Source: Catajapyx aquilonaris
Taxonomy: Eukaryota
DNA: 33,565 nucleotides
Direction: 5' to 3'
NCBI GenBank assembly: GCA_000934665.2
Contig: KZ538232.1
Coordinates: 62,001-95,565, forward strand
A program made the translations under genes and the position numbers. This document shows, in pieces, positions 20,801-28,800 of the stretch; the first letter of the stretch is position 1; every line of letters begins with the position of its first letter. Under the pieces are notes generated by a model, which worked only from the letters and a program-made list of their open reading frames with translations, ran no database searches and was not told the DNA's origin.

Positions 20801-22920
20801 TTTGTATTGTGTGTTTATGCCGAAGGTAATAAATTTATTTAAAGTCTATCCCCCTGCAGGTTTAATGGTTGGGGTTTATTTTTTTTGGGAATCTCTAATG
20901 TGCTCCTTTTCCTCAGTATACTTTTCGGATTTGAGTGTCTGTTGGCGAGCAACTCAGGTAGGAATGACCAATCTCAGTTGCTTTTAAATAGTAAATGGGA
21001 TCTAATTTTATTTATGTGGTTGTCTGGCTTTTTTATCTCTTTTCCCTCTCCTAGTGCCGGATGGACGGACTCCATAATTATGGGAGGCACTGTTTGGCGG
21101 CCCAGATTTGGGGGTCACCTGCGCTACTTCCTGTCTGCTGTAATTTTGTGTGGCTAACAGTTCAGGGGAGACTGCATGGGCTTTGATATCTTCACCTAAA
21201 GGAAAATCTTGTGTTTATTTGCATGTGGTTCATATGTTGGCACGTTCAATCTGGTGACTTGCATAAGCTTAATGTTTTCTTAGATTCAAATATTACTATT
21301 TTGCACTGTTGCAGATGAGTATATATGCATGGGAATGTGAGCCAAACCAGATGTTCAGTTCTTATGTGTTTAAATACTAACCAGCAGAAGTGCTGCTTTA
21401 GATTTCTCAAGGTGCATGAATTACATGTACCTGGCTCGTGATAGGCTTGTGTATAATTTAATGAGAACCTCAGGGAAGTACAGCGTGTACTAAATCGTTT
21501 ACTGCAACAGAGAAAATAATATTTTTCTCATTTAACAGCATCACTTGAACCAGTGCAGGTTGGTGGTTTTTGCTCATGTTTCATCCCTCATCTCCAGCAT
21601 ACCTAGCACGAGCCATACATAGTTTTCTATTTGACAGAAGGTGGCACTCATTCCTGTGCCACCTCACTTTCATATGGAGCTTCAATATCAACCATGCTCC
21701 CTCAGAAACTTTAAAAGCTAAAGGTCCTTTTCATTCAATTTTGTAACTCGAGCCACATTGTGGCTCAACATCTGGATGGACACTGAATCACTGTTGTCAA
21801 CTGCTTGTCTCAGTGACACTCCCCAGGTCCATTAACAACAACTGTCTCTATTATTCCATTAGGTGGCATTCCATCTGCAGCTGGCTACCATCCTCATCAC
21901 CACCACCACCACCATGGGGCCTTCTCTGCATTTGGCCCTGGGGCACAGTTACTCTCCACTCTGACTCCCCTCACTCCACTGACCCCTCTGACCCCCTTAA
22001 CCCCCCACAATCCTGCCTCTGCCCCTCCTGCTCCTCCTGCCCCAACTGCTGCCCCAACCTACTATCCACCAGTCTTCTACTGGCCGTACCCCTCCCCACC
22101 ACTCAGTCCAACCTCCTACTATGCCAACAATCAGCCTGCCATGGTGAGTTACTGCTTCAGTTATTGTATAATTAGGCAAGTCCTGTGCTTGTTTCCAAAG
22201 GGAATAAAAGAAAGTGATATAGGCAACTACAGATGTAATGTAAGTGCAACACAGCTTACAGAAAGGATGTCTTCCAGGATCAGGGTTAGCATGGGTCATG
22301 ATAATCATTAGTAAGACTGACCCTATTAACATTACTGGAAAAGTAAAACTCAGTTTCACCTGATTAGCTCCCAAACTAAGAAATATGGATTTGAAAATAA
22401 TAATTTTGCAATATTCTTTTGAGAATAGCTTTATTTCAAACACGATGCCTTCTATTCAAATGTAGGAGGTACACAGCTTACATCTTCATGATAATATTGC
22501 CACTGTCTCTTGCCCATGGTAGTTGTGCTCCTGGTAACTTAAAGTGTGGTATGTCAGTTTGAAATACCACATACTGGTTGAATGGCATTTTTGTGATGGT
22601 ACCTAACAAATCCAGCTGCACTACATTACAAAATGACATGCTGAATTTTCTGTTAAAGTGCACCGTGATATGAATATGTATTCCTCATTGACATTACGAT
22701 TATTTTGTGATTTTGTTTCCAGGTAAGTCCAGACCCACTTGGCCTACAGCGAAGGGGTCCAAATGGGGATCTTGGTGGAGGAGGTGCCAACAATGGTGGG
22801 GGTGGGTTGCTGCTGTGTGCCCCAACCTCTGGGAGGCCTGGAGACACAATGGATGCCTTTGGGAGCCCAGAAAAGGCCATGAGGGCCAATGCTCACTGCC
22901 TTGAAATGTTCATAACTTGA
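2749..22920 (+). CDS. fus: fusilli / Epithelial splicing regulatory protein (ESRP1/2) ortholog, whole-gene span. Proximal isoform ends at 18338 (~795 aa); distal isoform ends at 22920 (~792-804 aa)
   Basis: Exons 2749-2880, 6651-6794, 7145-7355, 7491-7580, 7639-7693, 7756-7866, 9103-9278, 13197-13291, 14075-14458, 16266-16526 and 17610-18338 (or 17610-17850 + 21827/21863-22143 + 22723-22920) join in frame. ESRP signatures present: [86 protein letters not shown]. Confidence 0.96.
6651..6794 (+). CDS. fus: fus/ESRP exon 2
   Basis: [60 protein letters not shown]; 144 nt, phase 0-0. Confidence 0.92.
7145..7355 (+). CDS. fus: fus/ESRP exon 3
   Basis: [62 protein letters not shown]...ADMLN; ends at the U12-type donor GTATCCTTT. 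Confidence 0.92.
7356..7490 (+). other. U12-type (minor spliceosome) GT-AG intron, 135 nt
   Basis: 5' site GTATCCTTTT matches RTATCCTTT. Branch site TTCCCTTAAC (7465-7474) ends about 15 nt before AG (7489-7490). No polypyrimidine tract. Splicing restores the frame (T|AC = Tyr). Confidence 0.92.
7491..7580 (+). CDS. fus: fus/ESRP exon 4
   Basis: (Y)[29 protein letters not shown](G); donor G|GTAAGT; absent from the ORF track. Confidence 0.88.
7639..7693 (+). CDS. fus: fus/ESRP exon 5
   Basis: TTTCAG|(G)[17 protein letters not shown](C)|GTAAGT; resembles ESRP HRFSDPERVNYKFESGTC. Confidence 0.9.
7756..7866 (+). CDS. fus: fus/ESRP exon 6 (qRRM1, first part)
   Basis: TTCCAG|(C)[36 protein letters not shown](K)|GTGAGT. 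Confidence 0.95.
9103..9278 (+). CDS. fus: fus/ESRP exon 7 (qRRM1, second part)
   Basis: GCAG|(K)[58 protein letters not shown](G)|GTCAGT. Confidence 0.95.
9480..9561. other. Assembly gap (82 N) within a G-rich tract
   Basis: Run of n flanked by G runs; a further single n lies at 31641 within poly-G 31625-31666. Confidence 0.98.
11293..11447. mobile_element. 155-bp MITE with 19-bp TIRs and internal GGAGTACC repeats
   Basis: CTCAAGGGGGTAATCACTT ... AAGTGGTTACCCCCTTGAG (1 mismatch); TTTG on both flanks; about five GGAGTACC units inside. Confidence 0.7.
12430..12463. repeat. Perfect 16-bp inverted repeat with 2-nt loop
   Basis: TTTCTGCACTTAGCAG-TT-CTGCTAAGTGCAGAAA. Confidence 0.9.
12690..12816. 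mobile_element. 127-bp hairpin MITE
   Basis: ~51-bp arms TATAGATGGGTCGGTGAACGAACGCAAGC... / ...GCTTGCGTTCGTTCACCGACCCATCTATA; TA at both ends. Confidence 0.8.
13197..13291 (+). CDS. fus: fus/ESRP exon 8 (qRRM2 start)
   Basis: TGTAG|(G)[37 protein letters not shown]; absent from the ORF track. Confidence 0.95.
14075..14458 (+). CDS. fus: fus/ESRP exon 9 (qRRM2 plus Gly/Ala/His low-complexity linker)
   Basis: [14 protein letters not shown]...[20 protein letters not shown]...[20 protein letters not shown]...[26 protein letters not shown] (GC donor, phase 0). Confidence 0.9.
15006..15277 (+). mobile_element. tRNA-derived SINE with a V-domain-like core
   Basis: A box TGGCCGAGTGG (15020-15030); B box AGTTTGATCCC (15064-15074); core ...CCGTGTTCGCGAGGGTTTTCTCGGGGTTCTCCCGTTTCCTCCCAC; 3' stem-loop; (ATT)n tail; 14-bp TSD ATTTAGATACATGT (14992-15005, 15278-15291). 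Confidence 0.9.
15797..15822. repeat. Perfect 26-bp palindrome
   Basis: TGCATCGAGTACA|TGTACTCGATGCA. Confidence 0.9.
16266..16526 (+). CDS. fus: fus/ESRP exon 10 (qRRM3 start)
   Basis: CTGCAG|AVVAAQ...[58 protein letters not shown]. Confidence 0.93.
17053..17558. mobile_element. pogo/Tigger-like (Tc1/mariner) MITE whose left TIR is split by a nested element
   Basis: TA|CAGTA[insert]GAACCCCGATTAACCG ... GGTCAGATAATTGAGGTTCTACTG|TA; subterminal GGTCRGATAA repeats. Confidence 0.8.
17058..17224. mobile_element. Foldback (hairpin) MITE with 4-bp TSD
   Basis: ~78-bp imperfect arms CTACCATCAGATGCAAGAAGACCG... / ...CGGTCTTCTTGCATCTGATGGAAG; AGTA duplicated at 17054-17057 and 17225-17228. Confidence 0.85.
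17610..18338 (+). CDS. fus: fus/ESRP exon 11, long read-through form (qRRM3 end plus Ala/Pro/Gln tail with NLS); short form ends at the internal donor 17850
   Basis: [61 protein letters not shown]...LLSPP(G|GTATGT)...[10 protein letters not shown]...IKRQWQPAY...YPAI*. AATAAA at 18755-18760 and 20828-20833. Confidence 0.9.
   Translation, partial: GQPSGEAFIQMDSEQSAQQAAAQKHHRYMNFGKKQRYIEVFQCSGDDMNLVLTGGVVSPQGKGAAASAAAATAAALLSPPGMLWPPPATASPSPPSPQANPMAAAMALSRQDAAFWLLGGAKPAATTANTLPPEVASLVAAAKMAKSNQMVATFPQMQQQSPQPFFFLPRLPLQTTNPFLAAQTQQPQVAAATGKRSWDQAFPHANQSAAEQVAAAAIKRQWQPAYSAAAAAAAYHSLYPAI
21173..21418 (+). promoter_or_regulatory. Cluster of Rbfox (UGCAUG x4) and QKI/How (UACUAAC) RNA motifs upstream of fus exon 12
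   Basis: TGCATG at 21173, 21220, 21326 and 21413; TACTAAC at 21375-21381. Confidence 0.6.
21827..22143 (+). CDS. fus: fus/ESRP alternative distal exon 12 (two in-frame acceptors: 21827 and 21863)
   Basis: Phase 1 matches donor 17850. Reads (G)[32 protein letters not shown]...[16 protein letters not shown]...[34 protein letters not shown]. YPSPPxSP is an ESRP C-terminal motif. The ORF track shows a different frame here. Confidence 0.85.
22201..22239 (+). CDS. fus: Candidate 39-nt frame-preserving cassette exon of fus
   Basis: [39 protein letters not shown]; phase 0-0; the 57-nt upstream intron is similar in size to the 58- and 62-nt introns of this gene. Confidence 0.4.
22723..22920 (+). CDS. 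fus: fus/ESRP distal terminal exon (degenerate qRRM4-like)
   Basis: [77 protein letters not shown]; open in phase 0. GRPGD..F.S.E.A.RA..LEMF echoes the qRRM C-half. AATAAA at 23967-23972. Confidence 0.7.
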   Translation, partial: VSPDPLGLQRRGPNGDLGGGGANNGGGGLLLCAPTSGRPGDTMDAFGSPEKAMRANAHCLEMFIT

Positions 22921-23653
22921 GAAGAGCCACATATCTTCTTAAGATTATAAACCCCCATTAATTGGATGGGTCTGAAATTCAGTCAGTCAAATGTTGTAAG
23001 GCGCATATTGGAAAATGTGCTATCTCATTGCAATTAATGAAACCATTATTATTTGACCCTCCACAGGATAAGTTAGTGCTAAGTTAATGCAGCAGACTGG
23101 GAATTAATTCCAGAGGCAATACTTTGAATGTCCAGTAGGGTGTTTGAAGAAATTATTTTAAGTTGAAATGATGGAGTACATTTTCCAAGTTGTTCTTCAC
23201 TGCGAGACTGATTCTAACCTATCCAACTGATTCCCCATTGTCTGCCCTTGAGGATATGAACTATACCAAAGCTTCCCCCCTCCCCTCCCTCCCCTTAACA
23301 TAACTTCAAAGAGACTAGCCGTGTAGAGATTTTTTTTTTTCTTTTTTGAGTGAATGTTTGTGTGTGCAAGTGTTAGTTATGCTCTCTTTTTCCTCATTTT
23401 GTTTTCCAGCCATGGGCAACCAGCCCAAGTTGACTGCCGATAGATCAAATGTCTCACCCTCCTTCCCCTCATCCCACCATGTTTTACTATGTTAATTATT
23501 ATAATTTTTTGGTTTTAACAGCCGTCCAATTCACACTGATCAAATGTTGAAAGTGACAGTTTACGATGACAGCAAAATGAATCGCTCCCAGTGTCAAACC
23601 CGTTTTTACTTGTTTTACTCCAACAACAATCCTATTACTATTAGTACTACATA

Positions 23654-23686
<33 letters not shown>
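23654..23686. repeat. (ATT)n microsatellite in the fus distal 3' region
   Basis: About 11 units. Confidence 0.9.
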
Positions 23687-24194
23687 GCATTGTTGATTAC
23701 TTGCATTGTTGCCAATTTAGCAGGTAAAATTCATTATTTCATATTAAATACTGTTAACGTGAAATATTGCAACAATAGCTTGTTTGTTACGTATTTTTTC
23801 CCTCTGCTTGCTTTTTACATCACATGACACTGATGCGAGCAATGTGTTGGACTGAAAAGGAATATTTTTCCTTGTTGATAGTTTGTACATGACATGTATG
23901 CTTCTGCGCATAGTTGCCTGTACAGCAAGTGCTGCAAGACTTCCTTGTGGTGCAGACTTAAATAATAATAAAAAGCATGAGCCACATCAATGCAAATTAT
24001 TTGCCAATGCAAGTGATGAAGTATATTATTCTGGTAATAACATAAATTAATACAGCTGGCAAGGCACATGAAATATGGATGGATTTTTTTGTCTATTTTC
24101 AGGTAATGCTAACAGATCATGACAACAAAAGGTAGCACCTCTTTGAACCATTTCAGGAATCGATTAATTAACTGATGCAATGCACTGATATTAC

Positions 24195-24477
24195 TCCTGG
24201 AACTGTGACGTGGGGTCTTTTAGGACCCCAAAGAAATTAAAATGCATTAACATGATAATTACCATGAACTTTCACCATTAAAAAAAGTATATAACAGGAA
24301 GTGCATGTTTACTTTGAATTAGCGATCATTTTAGGCATTGTCCAAAGAATGATGGCATATAGTCAATACATTGAAAAGTATGCTATAAAAATTAATAAAA
24401 ATTAAAATATGGATGGGGTCCTAAAAGACCCCCACATAACAGTTGCCATAACTTTCAGGCACGTCACGGTTCCAGGG
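24195..24477. mobile_element. Second piggyBac-like MITE family (283 bp)
   Basis: TTAC|TCCTGGAACTGTGACGTGGGGTCTTTTAGGACCCCA ... TGGGGTCCTAAAAGACCCCCAC...CACGTCACGGTTCCAGGG|TTAA; same asymmetric terminal/subterminal layout. Confidence 0.75.
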
Positions 24478-25589
24478 TTAACTATGACACCAAATGGTCT
24501 GAAAAATAGTGCAGAATTTAAATATATTTATGGTCTCATTCTTCATTGAGTCATTAAATTACTTGCACAGATCAGCATTTTGGTAAGCAGGAAATCCTGT
24601 GGTATATTCTCGGTCATATTACTGAATAATATAATATGCAATCATTACAGCCAATAATTGCACCTAACCACTAAGATTATGCTTAGTAATATGAAGTCAA
24701 ACATTCTTGTACTCACATGCAATCAATATCCTCCTGAAGATTATAAATGGAACAGTAGTGATTCTATGCACATGGAGTTATGTGCAAGTGCTTCTCGTAC
24801 TTTAGTGTGTTCATCATCTTCAGCTTGGAGTGGCACATTTCAACGAACCTATATATCTACATACCTGAAACTATTACTTTAGAATTTGTTGGCTAGCCAA
24901 CAATTCAATCCCACTGCTTTCATTCCAGAATATAAACACCTGTTGTCTGTTGACAAACAGCTACGTTTTCTCTCTCTATATTGTCCTGATAACAATTCCC
25001 CCTCAGATTAGGTGCATCTTGACCTTGAAAGCTTGAATTTCCAGTGACAACTGTGGTTAGGCTCGCTGCTTGCCAGTTGCCATCATGGAAGGTATGTTTC
25101 TTAAAATTATTATATAACTGCATCAATAAGCTAGCTGCCTCGCGTGAAGGGCCGTAACCCATAAGTGTTTCCCCGCGACATGTTTACGCCCTTGTTATCG
25201 ATGCCTAGCACTTATTGACATTACCCGCTTACCCAAACTATGCAGCTGAACGATGAACAAACAATAACTTTGGCAAAATAAGATCCATAATTATATCCTC
25301 CCCTTCAAATGCGAGACATTTTTTCCTGTTGGCAAAACCGTGCTAAATTTTATCCTCATATTGTGTATAAACCACATTAACATTGCGACCGTGCAGCAAT
25401 AAAATTATGCTCATAAACATTTTAACGTTTACTCTATTAAAAATACCAAAATCAATGTGCTTTAAACTGGCACATTGTGTACATGTCCACATCAACATGA
25501 ATGGCAAGTCTAGTGCGCTGCCTGTCCTTCTCCAAACAAATCAAATATGCGCATGAACATGATAAAACCGTGTGATGTCCTCCAGGGTT

Positions 25590-25670
25590 TGTCGGTTGGC
25601 CGCTTGGGGTGACGTCACAAGGCTGAGATTTTGAATGTGGAACGGATTCGAGCAGGCAGTCAACGGTCAA
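25590..25670 (+). promoter_or_regulatory. Putative PRC1 core promoter motifs: CRE palindrome, CHR and MYB-like sites
   Basis: TGACGTCA 25610-25617; TTTGAA 25630-25635; AACGG 25641-25645; CAACGG 25661-25666; CGGTTG 25593-25598. All lie 110-190 nt upstream of the ATG. Confidence 0.45.
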
Positions 25671-25777
25671 AGGGGTGTGAAGCCGGTCGGCGTCGGTCTC
25701 TCGCAGGAAGGAAGGAAGCTGAACGAAGTGGTACACCGCTCCACGTTGGAAGGAAAGGACTCTCTTTACACTTCAAG

Positions 25778-25897
25778 ATGGGGGACGGTCCGCTGGTGGA
25801 GGAGGCGCTCAAGAAGTGCGATGAGATCTGGTCCAGCGTCGGGTACCCGAAGGAGGCCCAGGAACAGATGGGGGCCAAGCTGAGGGACACACTCAGG
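25778..25897 (+). CDS. PRC1: PRC1/feo exon 1
   Basis: TCAAGATGG start context; MGDGPLVEEALKKCDEIWSSVGYPKEAQEQMGAKLRDTLR|GTGAGG. Confidence 0.85.
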
Positions 25898-28800
25898 GTG
25901 AGGAGAGGAGGAGGCCTCCAGGGGATTGGATTGGTGGGGTTAACCCTTAACTACGTAGGTGGAGCCTGAGAGGCACCAAGCACTATTTAAACGCATGTAA
26001 CTTTTTCATTGAATTTTATTTTCCCCTGTCCTTCCGTGACTTTGTCAGAAAAATCTTCCTAAGCATGAAAAGGAAAGAAAGAATTTTTTAGTCCCTATTC
26101 TTTGGTTTAAAAAAATTCGTAACGAGGGACAGGTCCCTCCTGGGGGGTGTTTTTGGTCCCTCTCCAGGAAGATGGAGAGGAGAGGTGGAAGAGGGCGGGG
26201 CTTCCGGAATATCCCCCACATCCCCCCTCTCCACTATTAAACCACCCTGATTAAACCCAAGAACGGGCGGAATGGTGTAGCTAGGGGAGAAGGCACTCAA
26301 AACAGTTGAGAAGAGAGCGAGGCGAGAGGACCCTGGGCCCAAGGAGGTTTAATTCCGCAACCAATTCCTTGGTGAGGTTTAATTCTTAAACCTTCACCCG
26401 CTTCCCGCCCTCCCTCCGCTCTAGCCCCCTCTCCAGAAAGTCTCTTCCACCTCCGAGGAGAGAAGACACTTTTGGGGATTTTGTGGAGAGCTCCGCCCAT
26501 TTCCCCCCTCTCCAACTTTCTGGAGAGGCACCAAAAACGCTCGGTGGACTCTATACTGGCTCTACCTATGCAGGTGAAGACTGAGCGGCTCAAGCATGCT
26601 GTAACCTTTTAATTAATAATTTTTTCCTGTCGGAATATGCTGACTCAGCATGTGATTTTTACGTGATCGGAAGCCTAATGATCTGAACTGCACTTTCTGT
26701 ATGTGAAAAGTCCAATGTAACAATTTAGTTGATAAGCAGAAATTTAAATATGTCGTTGGAGCCTCTCAGGCTCCACCTACGTAGTTAAAGGTGTTTCGCC
26801 CACCTACGTAGTTAAGGGTTAAATGAAGGCTTGGTCATCATTTTCGCCCTCTCTTGGTCTGTTCACTTGGGCACAGTAACACCCTGGATATTTATTGAAT
26901 GGACCACTATTACATTCCTTTTTGAAGGGACTAAATCAGAGGTTGTGTCTATCAATGTGGGTGTCGCCGATTTTATGAAAGTATCCAGTGGTGCTTGGGA
27001 CTGTAGCCAGCTCCACTTGGAGGAAGATCTATTTTTGCTACAGGCCATGTAATCAGTAACTGCATTTGATTTCAGCATATGGTTGTAGTACTTTCGTGGC
27101 CCAAGTAAAAAAGAAACATTGCCAGTAATAACTTGACACAATGAAACCTGTCCTTAACCCTTAACTACGTAGGTGGAGCCTGAGAGGCTCCAAGCACTAT
27201 TTAAACGCATGTAACGTTTTCATTGAATTCTATTTTCCCCTGTCCTTCCGTGACTTTGTCAGAAAAACCTTCCTAACCATGAAAAGGAAAGAAAATTTTT
27301 TTAAGTCCCTATTCTTTGGTTTAAAAAAATTCGTAACGAGGAACAGGTCCCTCCTGGAACCGCTCAGGCTCTATATCTCAGGTGAAGCCTGAGCGGCTCA
27401 AACACATGATGTAACCTTTTAATTAAAAATTTTTCCCTGTCGGAATGCTGACTCAGCATGTGATTTTTACGTTTTCGGAAGCCTAATGATCTGAACTGCA
27501 CTTTCTGTATGTGAAAAGTCCAATATAACAATTTAGTTGATAAGCAGAAATTGAAATTAGCCTCTCAGGCTCTACCTACGTAGATAAAGGTGTTTCGCCC
27601 ACCTACGTAGTTAAGGGTTAACAGACTCCGATTATGGCGGAAACTTGTCCATTGCGGATTTATTTCTGGGAACAGGCATAGGACATGCAATGTATTTTTT
27701 GACAGATAAAGCAGAAACTTTTTCCATTATGGAAATTTTGTTTATTCCCACGTGATTCTACTATACACAGGTTTCACAGTATTTACCAGTGAGAAACATG
27801 ACAGTCTGCGTGCAAATAAGAGTCAGTTTGGTACTGGAGCGACAGTGAAATTTGACTCGGATGCTGCATAGCTGATCCACATCAGTTGTCATTATTTGAA
27901 AAATGGTGCCTATGATTCAAATACAGTTCAAGTGTTTACAATAGTTATAGCCCGGCGCCGGTGGACTGGTGGTTAGCGCGCTCACCTCTGGTCCCAAAGT
28001 TGTGGGTTCGAACCCGGCCTAGGTCGGTGACTTTTCTCCGGGTGGTAGAAAAGTGAGAGTGCGCCTTCCTTTGGAGGGGAAGTGAAGCCGTCGGTCCCAT
28101 GTGCTTGTGACAATACATTGCACGAGTGCACGTTAAAGTCCCCAGAGGCCAAATTTCCAGGAGGAGGACCACCCCCTGGCGTCGGTGTTGAGCCTTGCAG
28201 CAGAAATAGGCTGACGTTGAGTCCCATTTATTTATTTATAATAGTTATGTTGCCTTCAGTTGTGAGCAACCTGGGCTTTTAGGGCCAATATTATTACTGC
28301 AGCAAGAATACCTCATTACACTGTTAACAGCTATTCAGATTTTTCCAAGTTGGCATTTTCCTCAAGTTTGGAGCCATTATGATGCAGTATGTAGAAGGAG
28401 GAGGGGGAGGTGTGGTGGCCGTGATGGTAACGTCTCGGCTTGCTGAGTGAAAGGCCCCAGGTTCGATTCCCGCCTGGGGAACTTTCCTTTCACCTGTGTC
28501 AGGAGGGTCTCTGACCTGCACCAAGGAGGTGTCTGGCAACCTAACCTCCTGGGGAACAGCACATGACCCATTAGCTATGACATGGCACCTTGCACCCATG
28601 TTCCCTCCCCAAAAATCCCTATCCTTTCCCATTGTCCTTGTTTCCTTGCACCGGTGAATGAAGTGGAAAATATATATATAGAAAAACTGATGGTGGTATG
28701 CCACCCCCCGAAGCAGGACGTAATGTACTGAGCAAGGGGTAGTGAAATAAAATAAATAAATAAAAATAAATAGTATGTAGAAGGAGGACCTTTCTTTCCA

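Noticed and set aside
21813..22175. 120-aa Cys/Pro-rich ORF from the track
   Set aside because: Wrong frame; the overlapping frame encodes the ESRP YPSPPxSP motif and matches both splice phases.
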